Shown here: one piece after another, positions 63,500 through 64,000 of the stretch | Position numbering within the stretch: position 1 is the stretch's first letter | Layout of the letters: each line of letters begins with the position of its first letter | From: Felis catus | Taxonomy: Eukaryota | DNA length: 64,000 nucleotides | NCBI RefSeq assembly: GCF_018350175.1 | Contig: NC_058368.1 | Span: 54,004,001 to 54,068,000, forward strand | Direction: 5' to 3' | Translations under genes and position numbers: made by a program | The notes under the pieces: generated by a model | Told to the model about the DNA's origin: nothing | What the model saw: only the letters and a program-made list of their open reading frames with translations | Databases searched by the model: none

Positions 63500-64000
63500 A
63501 TCCTCATACATGAATGGTCAGTTTTTGTATCCTATTTTTTTGACGTTTTATTACTGCACTGGTATCAGCTGAGTTAATTACCTTGCTTATAGGGCATAAT
63601 TTATATCTGCTAAAGCAAATTACTCTCATCACATGCTGTTCCAAAACTTTTTTGCTAATTTTGTGTACTTATTAGGATTAATGTACAAACTCTACCAAAA
63701 TGACATTTTTATTGGAATGAAAAGAAACTGACAAATATTTCATGAAGAAAACATGTTTAAAATATTTAGGCTTCTCATTCATAAATGTGGTAGCTTTTTT
63801 CATTTCCTAAAAAGAATCTACTTTTAATTTTAAGTATATTTTAATATACTTTTATAGTTTTCTTCATATAGGTTTTATATATTTTTATTGTTAATTCCCA
63901 TTTTTTTGTTCTTGCTTGTTGTTCTTGTTGTTAAGAGGATATCTATACCCCATTCTCTCCAAAGTTACTTTTTTCATAATTGTTGGCCTATCCAATCCAT
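63500..64000 (-). mobile_element. Old L1M fragment
   Basis: T-rich antisense ORF2-like text. Confidence 0.5.

Noticed and set aside
1..64000. A novel multi-gene, CRISPR-like or defence system
   Set aside because: Mammalian repeat-rich non-coding DNA: no long ORFs, no operon structure and no regularly spaced repeat-spacer array.

Overview
AT-rich, repeat-dense mammalian non-coding DNA (intronic or intergenic), almost certainly from a felid: it carries about 30 tRNA-derived Can-SINEs, including near-consensus feline SINEC_Fc copies, plus carnivore L1 3' ends. No intact protein-coding gene, RNA gene, CpG island or CRISPR-type system is supported, and the supplied ORFs are repeat, microsatellite or chance ORFs. 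The remaining repeats are old eutherian types (L1M, L2, MIR, MLT1 LTRs, ERV1-type LTRs, Tigger, hAT). The most notable structures are: (1) a near full-length fossil hAT-Charlie transposon with MER58/Cheshire-type ends (16159-20440) holding layered nested insertions; (2) inside it, an L1 with an apparent ~200-bp 3' transduction; (3) a 77-bp local templated duplication of an L1 fragment; (4) a repeat-free block at ~25.4-26.4 kb with clustered HOX/PBX, CDX, ETS and RUNX motifs; (5) one good minus-strand exon candidate (37028-37092) from an unidentified transcript; (6) an LTR with a tRNA-Leu-like primer-binding site. I found no evidence for a genuinely new biological system. Repeat family names come from recalled consensus sequences, not a database search, and boundaries are approximate unless TSDs/TIRs are quoted.
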